A DNA stretch of 64,000 nt from assembly GCA_043228905.1 (NCBI GenBank), contig JBHGNT010000004.1, positions 2,170,001 through 2,234,000 of the forward strand, written 5' to 3'. Below the pieces are notes generated by a model. That model saw only the letters and a program-made list of their open reading frames with translations, had not been told where the DNA came from and did not search any database. The position numbers were made by a program, and so were the translations under genes. The first letter of the stretch is position 1. The number at the start of each line of letters is the position of its first letter. Source of the stretch: Azolla caroliniana (lineage: Eukaryota > Plantae > Polypodiophyta). Positions 38,728-51,081 of this stretch are shown one piece after another.

Positions 38728-39405
38728 AAGATGTCGCGTTACTACGCGCGTGCGTGGAGAAACGAGGCGGGACCACCGGGGTCTTGAACCGAAGAGCAGG
38801 TGATAGAAGGGGGAAGAGAAAGAGAGAGACGCTCGGTTACGTATGAGCAAAGAAACTCAGGGACACGGCCCTGTCAACGCAGAAGACACGAATGGACACA
38901 GAGACAGAGAGACACGAATGTTTGTATATTAATGAATGACAAATAAACAACAGAGCACGCGAGCGGTTACAACCGAACAGGCCGACGAACAGATGCCGAT
39001 GCCTGCTCGTCTGCGCACGAAAAGGGGATAGGATGGAGGTGCTGCCGGAAGCACACGGGCGTTCCTCGAAGCAGCGCGAGCCTCCCGAAAACCTGCAGAG
39101 AAGAGCGATGGAGAACGAACAGAGGAGAAGCGTTCGGTTTCGGTCCGACAACACTTCCTCCTCCTCAATGCCCGATCTTGGTCTCCCCGCGTCTCCCTCT
39201 CTTTTATAGCTTCAAGAAGGGAGCCGTTTCCCTCATTTACTTCCTACCTACCGAATCTAACTACCTAGGATATACCTTTGTACCTAATTCCCTATTATAT
39301 ACATTAAAGGGCGCGCACGCATGAAGAGCAGGTTCACGCGCGCTATGCACCGATTGCGCTAAGGGACGGTTTTCTTCACGACAACGCTGTTGCAGTTATA
39401 CGCGT

Positions 39406-39962
39406 TGTCGTGTTGTTGCACGTGTACATAGGGAACTAAGGCTTGACCGCGGGGGCCTTGGACTGAGGAATGTGCAAAGATAGAAGAAAAAGAGAAAAAG
39501 GAAAGAGATAAGAACGACAAATGTTGGGTACCGGCAAGCACAACACTTGCCAGTGTAGATATTGACTCGACAACACGCCAAAGATAGACAGAGATTGCAC
39601 TTAGGAAGAATCGATTACAACCAAACAGAGACTACAAGGATTGATACAAAAACAGAGATCGATGCTCGGTTCCCGGTCCGGCAACACCTCCACTCCCAAA
39701 AATTGCGATCCCCCTTGTAGTCTTTCCCTCGCACCTTTTATAGGCGGGCGAGGGAGAGCTATCACTTCCAGTTATATCATCTTTATTCTCATTCCCTTCG
39801 GACAGAGATACGCATTGATTTGCTAACATTCAATTTAATTCTCCTACATCATGCTGGCCTATCCCTATGTACGAAGACAATCAAATTAAATGTTGATCTG
39901 CATAGTGCCGGTTCACGCGCTTGGATCCCCGATTCCCCCTATGGCCGGCTTTCTTCACGACA
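39406..39962 (-). mobile_element. Solo LTR (557 bp) related to element A
   Basis: TGTCGTG...TTTCTTCACGACA has the same terminus as the element A LTRs and is flanked by TSD GCGT (39402-39405 and 39963-39966). Confidence 0.85.
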
Positions 39963-40164
39963 GCGTATACGTGCAATGGCTAAGGTGGGACCGCGGGGGC
40001 CTCAAACCAAGGAGTGAAGGAAGAAGAAGAAGGAGAAGAAGAAGACGAGGGGGGGCGGGAAACAGGATAGCAAATGAATACTATAGATTACAAGAATAAC
40101 AATATACAACCGGCTTGGCTGAAGTCAAAGCAGGGGCTAGTCACACAACACACGCGCGTGCGCG

Positions 40165-40197
<33 letters not shown>

Positions 40198-40345
40198 GCA
40201 CGCACCCACCCACACACAGAGATGCACGGAGACATCGAGATGCAACGGGGAGCCTCTGTCGGGAGCACACGGGCTTCCTACGCGAGCAGAGGCTTCCAAC
40301 TGAATTGTGCACCAAACAGAAAAAAGTGAGAGAGACAGAGAGTTC

Positions 40346-43300
40346 TGCCAAGAACTACACGCTCTCGATGAACAACGCTTGGCCACAACCGAGCTTAGAA
40401 TCAAACACAGAAAAACGGGGAATGAATGCACGACACAATGGAGAGAGGAGTACACAGGATGTTTACGTGGAAAAACCCAAACACGGGAAAAACCACGACA
40501 ATCCACTGACTGCTAACTATCACTATGTAACAATGGACAATAGATGAACACAGAGGCAACGACCTCTTGTTCACTGTCTTCGCCACAAGCGGCGGTTACA
40601 ACAGAGATACGAGCTCTTCGTCTCTCTCTCTCTCTCTCTCTCTCTCTATACAGTGTTGCGCTCTAATCTTGCGCCAACAAGAATGACAACAACCTTATAC
40701 TAAGTTTGCCCTAAGTCATATTTATACTAATATGACTTTCCGGCTATTTACAAATATTTATGAATATGTCCCTTCATCCGGTGAGCACTTCTCACCGGGC
40801 CTTCACCATCCGGCTCTTGCCGGGTACTCGTCATCCGGTTCTCACCGGGTCTTCAGTAGCCAGGTAGTCCACATCCAGTTCTCATCGGGTCTTCACCATC
40901 CGGCTCTTGCCGAGTACTCGTCATCCGATTCTCACTGGGTCTTCCGTAGCCGGTAGTCCACATCCGGTTCTCACCGGGTCTTCACCATCCGGCTCTTGCC
41001 GGGTACTCGTCATCCGATTCTCACCGGGTCTTCCGTAGCCAGGTAGTCCACATCCGGTTCTCAGCCTCGGCCGAGTTTGCTCATCAGTATTGTTCTTCTC
41101 ACTTCCCATCCGGAGGGACCTGTTTCCTAACAAACTCCCCCTTCACTCCGGCATGGGATGTCTTACTAGTCCGATCCGCTTCCGCCATGCATCCAGCTTG
41201 TCGGGTATCAGTGCTTTGGTCAGCATATCTGACCCGTTCTCGGCCGTGTGGATCTTCATCAACGCGAACTCCTGGTCATCTACTCTTTCCCGGATCCAGT
41301 GATACCTTCGCTGGATATGCTTCGTTCGGGAATGGTAAGCCTCATTCTTAGCAAGGCGGATGACACTTTGGCTGTTGCAATAGAGCCGGTATTCATCTTG
41401 CCGGATACCGAGCTCTCCGATGAAGTCCTTCATCCATAATATTTCCTTGCCGGCTTCTACAACCGCCATGTACTCCGCCTCCGTGGTTGACAATGCGACC
41501 GTCTTCTACAGCCTCGACTGTCACGAAACAGCTCCCCCTGCATATGTCATTACATACCTGGATGTAGACCGGCTGGTATCCACATCAGCCGACATGTCCG
41601 AATCGGTAAAACCATCAAGTTGAGGTTTTCCGGAGCCGAATCAGAGACACATATTTGAAGTGCCCTTCAAGAACTGGAGTATCCATTTGACCGCGTTCCA
41701 GTGCTCCTTGCCGAGATTGCTCATAAACCGGCTCACCACTTCGACTGCGTATCCTATATCCGGTCGGGTACACACCATTGCGTACATTAAGCTCCCGATG
41801 GTAGAGGCATATGGAACCTTCATCATATCAGCCTTCTCTGCTTTCGTCTTCCGGCTTTGCTTACCGGATAATCTGCAGTTTCCGGGGAGTGTCGATTCGA
41901 CCGATTTCGCTTCTAACATGTTGAACTGCTGAAGCACCTTTGTCATGTATTTATCCTGCGACAGCCACAGTTGCTTCATTGGCCGGTTCCGGATGATATG
42001 CATCCCCAACATCTGTCTTGCCGGACCCAAGTCTTTCATCGCGAAAGTTCGGTTGAGAGCCTTCTTCAGCAACCGTATTCTAGCTTGGTTCCGTCCGACG
42101 ATCAACATGTCGTCCACGTACAGAAGGAGTATCAGGAAGTCACCTCCTTCGAGCTTCTTCACAAACACGTAGTGATCGTCCTGCGTCTTGTGGTACCCTT
42201 GATCGGTCATGAAGGAGTCGAACTTCCGGTACCATTGTCGGGGAGCCTGTTTCAGTCCGTACAGGCTCTTCTTCAACCGGCAAACCAGGCGCTCCTTCCC
42301 TTTCTCCACGAATCCTTCCAGTTGCTACATGTAGATCTCCTCTTCGAGGTCACCATGAAGGAATGCCGTCTTCACGTCCAGCTACTCTACCTTGAGGTCC
42401 ATGCTTGCCGCTATACTCAGCACTGTCCGGATGGAGGTCATCTTTACTATCGGGGCAAATATCTCCTCGAAGTCCACGCCCTTCTTCTGCTGGAACCCCT
42501 TCACCACAATCCTGGCTTTGTATCTCGGGGGGTTGCCGGCATCTCCCGGTTTCAACTTGTACACCCACTTGTTTCGGAGTGCCCGCTTTCCTTTCGGCAA
42601 CTCCACCAATTCGTACGTATGGTTCTCATGCAGGGAATCCATCTCATCTTGCATGGCAGTTAACCATTTGCGGCTGTGGGTGTTATCCTTCGCTTCTTCG
42701 AAGTTTTCTGGCTCCCCCTCATCGGTTAGTAGCACATGCTCTGCATCCGGAAATCTCCGGGGGGCCCTTCTCTCTCTGAGAGGATATCTCCATCTTTGGG
42801 CTTCGGTAACCGGCCCCTCCATTTGCTCTTCATCCGAATCCGATTCGGGGTCTTGGCCGGTTCTGGTTTCAGCTTCCTCTACTTCTTCTTCTGCCGGTTC
42901 GGTATCCTCACCGTAACTGGCTGGTTCCTCGAGTGCTAACCGGTCTCTTGCCGGTTGGGTCTGCTCATCGTAGGATCGATCCTTACCGGTCGACTCGGAG
43001 TTCATTATCTTCTTCTCCGACTCCCAGTCGGCGAGCGTCTTGTCCTCCATGAAGATAATATCTCGACTCCGGAATACCTTCTTGTCGACCAGGTCCCACA
43101 CTCGATAGCCGAACTCATCGTCGCCGTAACTGAGGAATATGCATGGCCGGGTCTTCGGATCTAGTTTTCCTCTCCGGTCCTTAGCAACATGCACGTATGC
43201 AAGACACCTGAATACTTTCAGATGCCGGTAGGACACTTCCTTACCGGTCCAGACTCTCTATGGCATGTCTTTGTCCAAGGGTACTGAGGGTGATCTGTTT

Positions 43301-45902
43301 ATCACATTTGTCGCCGTCGATAGTGCCTCAGCCCAAAACTTCTTGGGTAGTTTTGCATGCGCCAACATACTTCAGACCCTCTCCATTATGGTCCGGTTCA
43401 TCCTCTCGGCTAGCCCGTTTAGTTCCGGCATCTTCGGCACGGTGAATTCGAGCCGGATTCCCTTCGAGCGACAATACTCCTCGAACTGCCCCCGGTATTC
43501 ACCTCCGTTATCTGCTCGAACCGCCTTCAGCTTCCGGCCGGTTTCTCTTTCCACTCTCGCGTGGAGCTCTTTGAAGACGGATAGCACATGATCCTTCGTC
43601 TTCAATAGTGTGACCCATATCTTCCGGATGTGGTCATCTATGAACGTCATGAAGTACTGCGATCCTGCATGTGACTTCGTGTCCACTTGACACACATCAG
43701 TATGCACCAACTCCAGTGGTGCATTACGTCTCATCGGTGGCCTTGGTCGGAAGGAGGTCCGGTTTTGCTTACCGGCCAGACAATCAGTGTACTTCTCCAA
43801 GTGCACGTTCTTCACTGGAATGAGGTTGTCATTTGCAAGACTCTTCATCCCCTTCTCGCTCATGTGACACAGATCACCGGCAGTGTCGGATGCCACGTTC
43901 ACTTCCTCCGGACATAACCGGGCATTCATCAGGTACAACGTGTTTACCTTCCGGGCCCGAGCCACAATCAGGCTCCCTTTGCTGAACTTCATAACACCAT
44001 TCCGGATGCTACCCGTGTAGCCTTCATCATCTAGCCGACTAGCTGATATCAGGTTCAGACGAACCTCCGGAACGTATCGGACATCCTTCAACAACAGCTT
44101 GCATCCGGTTGGTGTCGTGAGCCACACGTCTCTTATGCCAACAATTCGGCATGTACCTTCATTCCCCATCCGGACACAGTCGTGATCACCGGCTGAGTAG
44201 GATGAGAAGCATTTCCGGTCCGGGGTAAGGTAGAACGACACTCCGGAGTTGACCACCCAGGTCATCTTGTCGCCGGCAAGGTTTATCTCACTCTCCTCGG
44301 TGATGAGCATCAACTCTTCTTCATTTTCCGCGATTGCCGTCGTTCCCTTCCGGTCCGTTCCCCTTCGGTCTTTTCCGTTCTGGTTTGGTGTCCGCTTTGA
44401 ATCGGTACCGTCGGTTTCCTTGTCTTTTCGGAAATGCCGACAGTTCTTCTGGAAGTGTCCCGGCTTGCCGCAATAGAAGCAAGTAGGCCTCCCCCTTGAC
44501 TTTGATCGTGTCCCCGACTTTTCCCGGTTCTAGGGACTACGGTTTCTTTGCCTTCCACGTTCCGATTCGGTAATGAGCGCTTTGGAGTCGGAGCTCGTAT
44601 CCTTATCTTTCTGATGCGCCTCCTCATCTAGCAAGCTCGACTTCACTCTTGCTAGGGATAACTGTTTCCCTTCCGGCCCGGCGTTGCCGAAGGTGACAAC
44701 CAACATCTCTCAGCTATCTGGGAGGGAACCGAGCAGGAGTAGTGCTAGTACCTCATCGGCAAGAGGTACTTCCAATGATGTTTCTTGGTGGATTAGCCCT
44801 TGGAAGGCATCCATGTGCTCCGCCATGCTGGAGCCATCTTGGTACCAGAGTCCTACTAGCTTCCGAAATACCGAAACCTGATTGACAACATTTTTGTTCT
44901 GAAACATAATGCCGATCTTCTCCAAGAGCTCATGAGCTTTGCTCTCTTCATTGAAGTTGTTGTATAGGCTCATGTTGATGAAGCACCGTATGTAATCCGT
45001 TGTCTTCATGTGCATCACCTCCCATATCGTGGCGTCGATTTTGTCCGGTCTCTTGTCCCCGAACTGAACCGACAACCAAAGATCTTTAACCACGAGCATG
45101 TCCCTCATCTTCAACTTCCACATTGAATAGTTGGAGCCGGTGAGCTTGAACATGCCGCCCAACGATTCGTCCATTTTCTGTGTTGTTTCGCTCTGATACC
45201 ACTTTGCCAAGAACTACACGCTCTCGATGAACAATGCTTGCCCACAACTGAGCTTAGAATCAAACACAGAAAAACGGGGAATGAATGCATGACACAATGG
45301 AGAGTGGAGTACATAGGATGTTTATGTGGAAAAACCCAAACACGGGAAAAACCACGGCAGTCCACTGACTGCTAACTATCACTATGTAACAATGTACAAT
45401 AGATGAACACAGAGGCAACGACCTCTTGTTCACTGTCTTCGCCACAGGCGGCGGTTACAACACCTCTCTCTCTCTCTGTGTACAGTGTTGCGCTCTAATC
45501 TTGCGCCAACAAGAATGACATCAACCTTATACTAAGTTTGCCCTAAGTCATATTTATACTAAGTTTACAAATATAGCCCCGATGGACTCTTAGAAAACAT
45601 ATTTACGAATATGTCCCTTCATCCGGTGAGCACTTCTCATCGGGCCTTCACCATCCGGCTCTTGCCGGGTACTCATTATCCGGTTCTCACCGGGTCTTCC
45701 GTAGCCGGGTAGTCCACATCCGGTTCTCACCGGGTCTTCACCATCCGGCTCTTGCCGGGTACTCGTCATCCGGTTCTCACCGGGTCTTCCGTAGCTGGGT
45801 AGTCCACATCCGGTTCTCAGCCTCGGCCTATCGGCCTCGGCCGAGTTTGCTCATCAGTACTGTTCTTCTCACTTCCCATCCGGAGGGACCTGTTTCCTAA
45901 CA
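40346..45902 (-). mobile_element. Full-length mutated Ty1/Copia element (Tnt1/Tork-like) inserted in the LTR of element B (element C)
   Basis: LTRs 40346-41132 and 45205-45902; TSD AGTTC/AGCTC; iMet PBS TGGTATCAGAGC at 45190-45201; PPT ~41135-41144. Order gag (CFYCGKPGHFQKNC)-PR (WVVNSG)-IN (LVHTDVC, DNGGEY)-RT (LYGLKQAPRQW, YVDD)-RH (STTEAEY). Several stops and frameshifts. Confidence 0.96.
40775..41062. repeat. ~90-bp CCGG-rich tandem repeat inside the Copia LTR (3 units here, 2 units at ~45619-45818)
   Basis: Unit is built from 25-bp subrepeats CATCCGG(T/C)TCT...CCGGGT. The 89-bp length difference between the LTRs is about one unit. Confidence 0.85.
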
Positions 45903-48900
45903 AGCTCGATCCCCAAACCAACAACACTTCGTCCTCCTCAAATGCGGATCCCTCCCCAATCCTCTTTCCCTCCTTTTATAGACCAAGGAGAGAGAGGGCT
46001 GTTACATCAGGTTGTTAAACCACCGCTTTGGACAAAGATTTTCTTTGATCTGCTCGTGTCAAATTCCCATATTCCACTCTATCCGTGCGGACATTTAAAG
46101 TACCTATTGAATCCTAGTTCCTAGCACTTACTAGTCCTATGTTATTTACATGTGTTTATACATAAAGCCATATTTGAGTGCATCCACACACTCCCTTGTT
46201 CACGCACATTTGGTTAGTTTTTTCCCTGTAGCCGGAATTTCCTACGACATCCACCCCCACCAAACTGCATATCCACTGGTATTGGCCGAGAGAAGGAAGG
46301 CAGAAATTCTGGAATTTCGTTTCTCTTCACTCTCCGATCCATCGACCTCCCGGTCTACGCCTGGTTCGTCCGGCTCACCGTGCTTGCTCTCATACTCCAG
46401 ATCTGGCTCCTCTTCGTGCCGCTTCTCGAAGGCTTTAATCCGCTTTCCCGCAACCGGTACTGCTATCCTCGTTTCGTCGAGCTCCGCAAGGTGGTACATG
46501 GCGTTACCGTTCGTGCTCGTCACCATGTACGACCTGAACCATCTCCGCGCAAATTTTTGCGTAGCCTTGCGCTGGTTGTCGAGACTGTTGTCATAAACCA
46601 ACACCTAATCGCCTTCCTCAATCTTCTTTGGTCTCGGTCGGTGCGTCCGATCGAACCGGTCCTTGTTCCTTGCCCGCGCCGCGTACAATTTCACTTTGTC
46701 CCTTTCCATGTCTTCCGACCTCCCCTCAAGTTGGTGAATCCTTGCTGCCAACAGCTCCTGTCGGCTCATCTCGTCCGTCCAATTGATCGCCGCCCACGAA
46801 GAGATCGTCCGTTCCACTAGCATGATTGGCAGATTTTTCCCGTACATGAGTTCCACAGGCATGTACCCCGTCTGTCACTGAACTGTGCATAGTCTGGTCC
46901 ACCCATAACGCTTAAAGCAGAAGCCGTGGCCAATTCCCGACTTGTCCCTCGCACGCCCATACAATGCCTTCACAATCGGGCCGTGTCTGCGCTCCACCTT
47001 CCCGTTTGCTTCTGGATTGTACGCCGTAGTGAGAGAAAACTTATCCCCTAAATGGCCGAACAACTCTTCGGTTTCTCGCGCATCTAGCTCCCCTCGGTTG
47101 GCCACAATCTTACTGACGCACCCGTATCGGCAAACCACCTCTTTGATCAGGAACCAGCACAGAACCACGATTGTCTTGTTCTGTAGTGCCCGACCTTCCC
47201 CCTGGTTCATTAGATCGTCCTGTGCCAGCACCAAGTATCGCATCTGCCCTACCCCCATCAACATCGTGACTAAGTCTACCATTCACTTGAAATGGACAGT
47301 CGGTGGGTAGGTCGGGTGTAGCTTGTCTGGAGCTCGTCTCTATGCCGATATGCATCTTATAGCTCTCGCAGGTCGTCACAAAGTGGTGCACGTCTCGGTA
47401 CATTCCTGACCACCAATACTCCACGGTCTCCGAACCAAGGGCTCTCGTGGTACTCCGATAGCAACGCGATCTGCTCTTCCCTCATCACTACCCGGAACGG
47501 AGTGACGATGCGTCTCTTCGGGTGTCTCCATATTTTTCCGCTCCATAGGAAGAACCAATACGCCTTCTTCCGGATCCGGTTTGCTTCATCTCTCGTCCAT
47601 GCCACATCTGGTGTCATCGTGCTCAGAAACCTACTGATCCGGAGCCACTCCCCGTTGTACCTGCTCTTGTCGAACTCGTTCCCGGCCGGATTGCTCCCCT
47701 TTCTTGCCGTCATTTGAATCGACTCGAAGAAGTCCACACTAACTTCTTCGTCTTCTGACACTATGTCGTTCTCGTCGTCAAAATGTGCTCTTGAAAGCAT
47801 ATCGGCCATGGTGTTGTCTTTCCCAGAGATGTGCCGAATCTCCGGATTAAGGGACTTGATGTACGTGATCCACCTAAGCATAGCCAAGTCCAGAGTCGCG
47901 CATCCGTAAACCATACCGAGAGTCGGTAGGCAATCCGTCTCGATTACTACCTTTGGCCCCCTCAAGTAATCCTTATCGGCCTTGACCGTCGAAACGATAC
48001 CCTAGAGCTCGCATTGAACCCGGGTGTATCCTAGCTGCCCCTCACTCAGCACCTTCGCTCCGAATCGGATGGGGAACCTTGTGCCGTCCTCGTCTTCCTA
48101 ATTGACCACCCATCCGTTTCCGTTCGGACTCGTGTCCATCTTCATGTAAAGCGGGGTGCCCCTCTCGTAGACCGCATTCTGGAGAGCTGACGCTGCGTTC
48201 AGCGCCCCCTTCAGCCTTTGAACCGATTCAGCGTGCTCTTCTTTCCATTCAAACCTACGACCTTTCTTTAGCAGCCCGTAGAGCGGTTCCACGATGTGCA
48301 AGTAATGTGGAATCTGTTGTCCACAGGCCAGAAATATAAATTAATTAAATGTAATACATCGGCAGGTAAGGCGAGTAGGTAAGGTAGAGTTAGGTAAACG
48401 TAGAGTTTCGAGCCTCACAGTCAGCTGACCGCTCGGCTCTGTATGAAGAAAAAGAAAAAGTATATAAACCGAGGGCTGCGTACCTCGGCAGGAGGGAGAT
48501 ATCTAGAGCCTAGGCGAGGTTGTTTCATAGTTATAAGAGATTTGTAAGGTCATCGGCTGTGGGCCGTGTTTTTGTAATCATCGCTAACTGTGGGCCGTCG
48601 TTTCTAAGGTCTCAACTACGTATACAACTCGGGCTCTATTCCAAGTATGCTCTCCGTTTTCTTCCCCTAACGACGCCTCCGTGTGCAAGTCTTCACGTTA
48701 CACTTCCCTTGATACCGATAGCTTGTAGGCATATCGAAGGTGTTTCCAACAGAACGGTTAACACAATTTGGCACGCTCGGTTACAACTATGAGATCACAA
48801 CGAACTACGTTGAAGACAACCTTCAACCGCCATTACGGTGCCCAATCGCACCAAGCGGTCTCGGCCATTTGGCCGACGCCCTGAGCCAGTCGAAGGCACT

Positions 48901-51081
48901 TCCAACTCAGCGTTCACGGACCAGTTTTTCCAAGAAATATCGGAGGCTCACCGGTTGCAATCCTCGCCACCTGCTACTCGGTCGCGAGTTGAGTCCACAC
49001 CAACCTCTCCACCAAGCCCTCCGAGGTCACCCACCCTGACCCTAACCCTTTTCCGGTTTTACTGGAAGACCCTGAATTTGATACCATGCCGTATCCTTAC
49101 CCACGATACACCGACAACCCCGACGCGGAGTCGCACATCCGTGCCTTTGTGTCCACCGGGCAGGCCAACTAGTCAACACAGCGACTCTCGGCTACCGAAA
49201 TCGAGGCCTCAAAAACTGCCGAGTTTACGCTATCCCTCGATGGACCAGCTGCGCGATGGTATTCTGGCCTCGACATAAGGGAGTTTGTCACCTTCCACGA
49301 CGTTCGCATGCAGTTCCTAGAACTGTTCCATCGCGAGGTGCCCAAACGAGAATTGCTCCGACAGTTCTTTTCCATGTGACAAGAACTGCACGAGACGGTT
49401 GCACAGTTCACGATCCGGTTCCGGGATCTCTATAGACAAGTGGCCGACGATGTCTTTGCACAGCACATTCTGGACGCATTCCTGTCCAGCCTACGGGAGC
49501 CTCTACGGACCACTCTCGCACTTACTAATTTTGCCAACCAAACGATCGAGCAAGTCATAGCGCGCGTCCTCGCCCTCGATCGGACTCAACAAAGCACGCC
49601 TTTCTCTATGAGTTCATTGCAAAGCGCCCTTCCCCAGGAGGACAATCGCTTCCGCCAAGCCCTCCAATGCACAGTTTGCTTCGGATCGGGCCATCTGGCC
49701 CTCGAATGTCCTCACCGGCCACAGTGTCCGATCTGCCAGTCCCAATCTCACACTGTCGAGCACTGTGAATACAATATGCTCAACCACACAACGACGGGCC
49801 TGGTTCGCCAGATCGAGCCCAAGGATACATACTCTCATCAGGACGAGCGACAATCCTACTGGAACCAGGGTAACCAATGACCCTGATCGCCGAATAGACA
49901 GTGCCGTGACGACGATTACCGTTACTGAAATGACAACTGACGGAGATCGGACGACAGCCGTGATCGCTATCACGATGACCAATATCGGGCAAACGACGAT
50001 TATGATCGGAATGAAGATGATCGGGAGGACCGATACGATCAACGAAATTCCCGTAATGATCGGCGCAACTCTCACCGAGGATCGCGCAACAACAAAAGGA
50101 ATAACGACAATCGTCGTCGGGACCCCCCGCAAAATGAACCGCGCAACTCTAACGCGCCCTGGACCAACCTACCAACACACGAGGCCAGGAATCAACCGCA
50201 CCCCTCCCCACACACATAGATCGGGCTGGCACCAGCAACTCGGCCGCCGTTACTTGCTTCAATTGCAACCAACCCGGTCACTATGCTATGCAATGCCAAA
50301 CAACAGACTGCAGAAAGGCTCGTGCTGTGAATAGTATTATGGCCGACATGCAAAACGTCACAACACGCAGCAAAGCCCCGGCTACCCCATGGCAAGTACA
50401 TGATGAAGTCCGGCAAGCAGCCAAAGAATGGATGGATATGGACAACAAAAGCAATGTGGTGCGCATGCAAACAGAAATGGGAGACACAACCATCAGAGCA
50501 ACACAATCCTCGACACCATCCACGTTGACAGAAGATGACCAGCTGTGGGACGCCCTTACCAGTTCCAGGATCTCCTTGCATTTGCATAAACTCTTACCAC
50601 TCATGCCGCGTTTTCGAGACACCTTGGCTACACTCACGGCCAACACCCATTCCACCGCGCCACCTGTGCACCTGACCGAGCCAGGAACGGGTCCACCCCT
50701 CATGGATGTGTAGAATCCAGCCATAAAAATTATGATTAAAGGAAGGGACATGCACGGGTGCATAATCGACGGCGGCTCTGGCGTGAATGTCATGAGCGAG
50801 GCTACCTGTCATAAACTTGGCCTGAATCAATGCGAACCTTGCTCCTTTTGGCTTCAGATGGCCGACACATGATCGGTTCGCCTCATCGGATTAATCCGCC
50901 ACCTCGACTTTACTCTAGGAGGCCACATGTTCACTATCTCGGCCGTTGTATTACGACTCGAAGCAATGTTACTGGGAAGACCATGGTTGCGCACAACAAA
51001 TATCAAACAACATTGGTAGCACAACATGATCTCGTTTCGCCGAGGAAAGACCAAGGTCCGGATCATAATCGAAGAACGCAT

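Larger units (their letters stand above)
32348..39383 (-). mobile_element. Full-length Ty3/Gypsy LTR retrotransposon, non-chromovirus, tRNA-Trp primed (element A)
   Basis: 652-bp LTRs at 32348-32999 and 38732-39383 (TG...CA, about 6 differences by eye). TSD ACGC/ACGC. PBS 38710-38727, PPT ~33000-33013. Domains: gag with CxxCxxxGHxxxxC, PR (LVDHGSE), RT (DLYSGYDQ, PFLDD), RNase H (TVDTS, ETDC), IN (HH-CC, DDE). Confidence 0.97.
39388..48314 (-). mobile_element. Older Gypsy element of the same family as A (element B): 3' LTR plus RNaseH-integrase, interrupted by nested insertions
   Basis: LTR starts TGTTGCAG at 39388, is split by the solo LTR and the Copia, and ends CTACGACA at 46249, next to PPT TCCACCCCCACC. 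Region 46250-48314 translates to degenerate RNase H/IN collinear with element A. Cut at 48314 by element E; the 5' part lies outside the window. Confidence 0.88.

Noticed and set aside
40775-41062. Regularly spaced repeats resembling a CRISPR array (also 31791-32170)
   Set aside because: The spacers are themselves repeated, the arrays lie in LTR-derived sequence, the DNA is eukaryotic and no cas genes are present.
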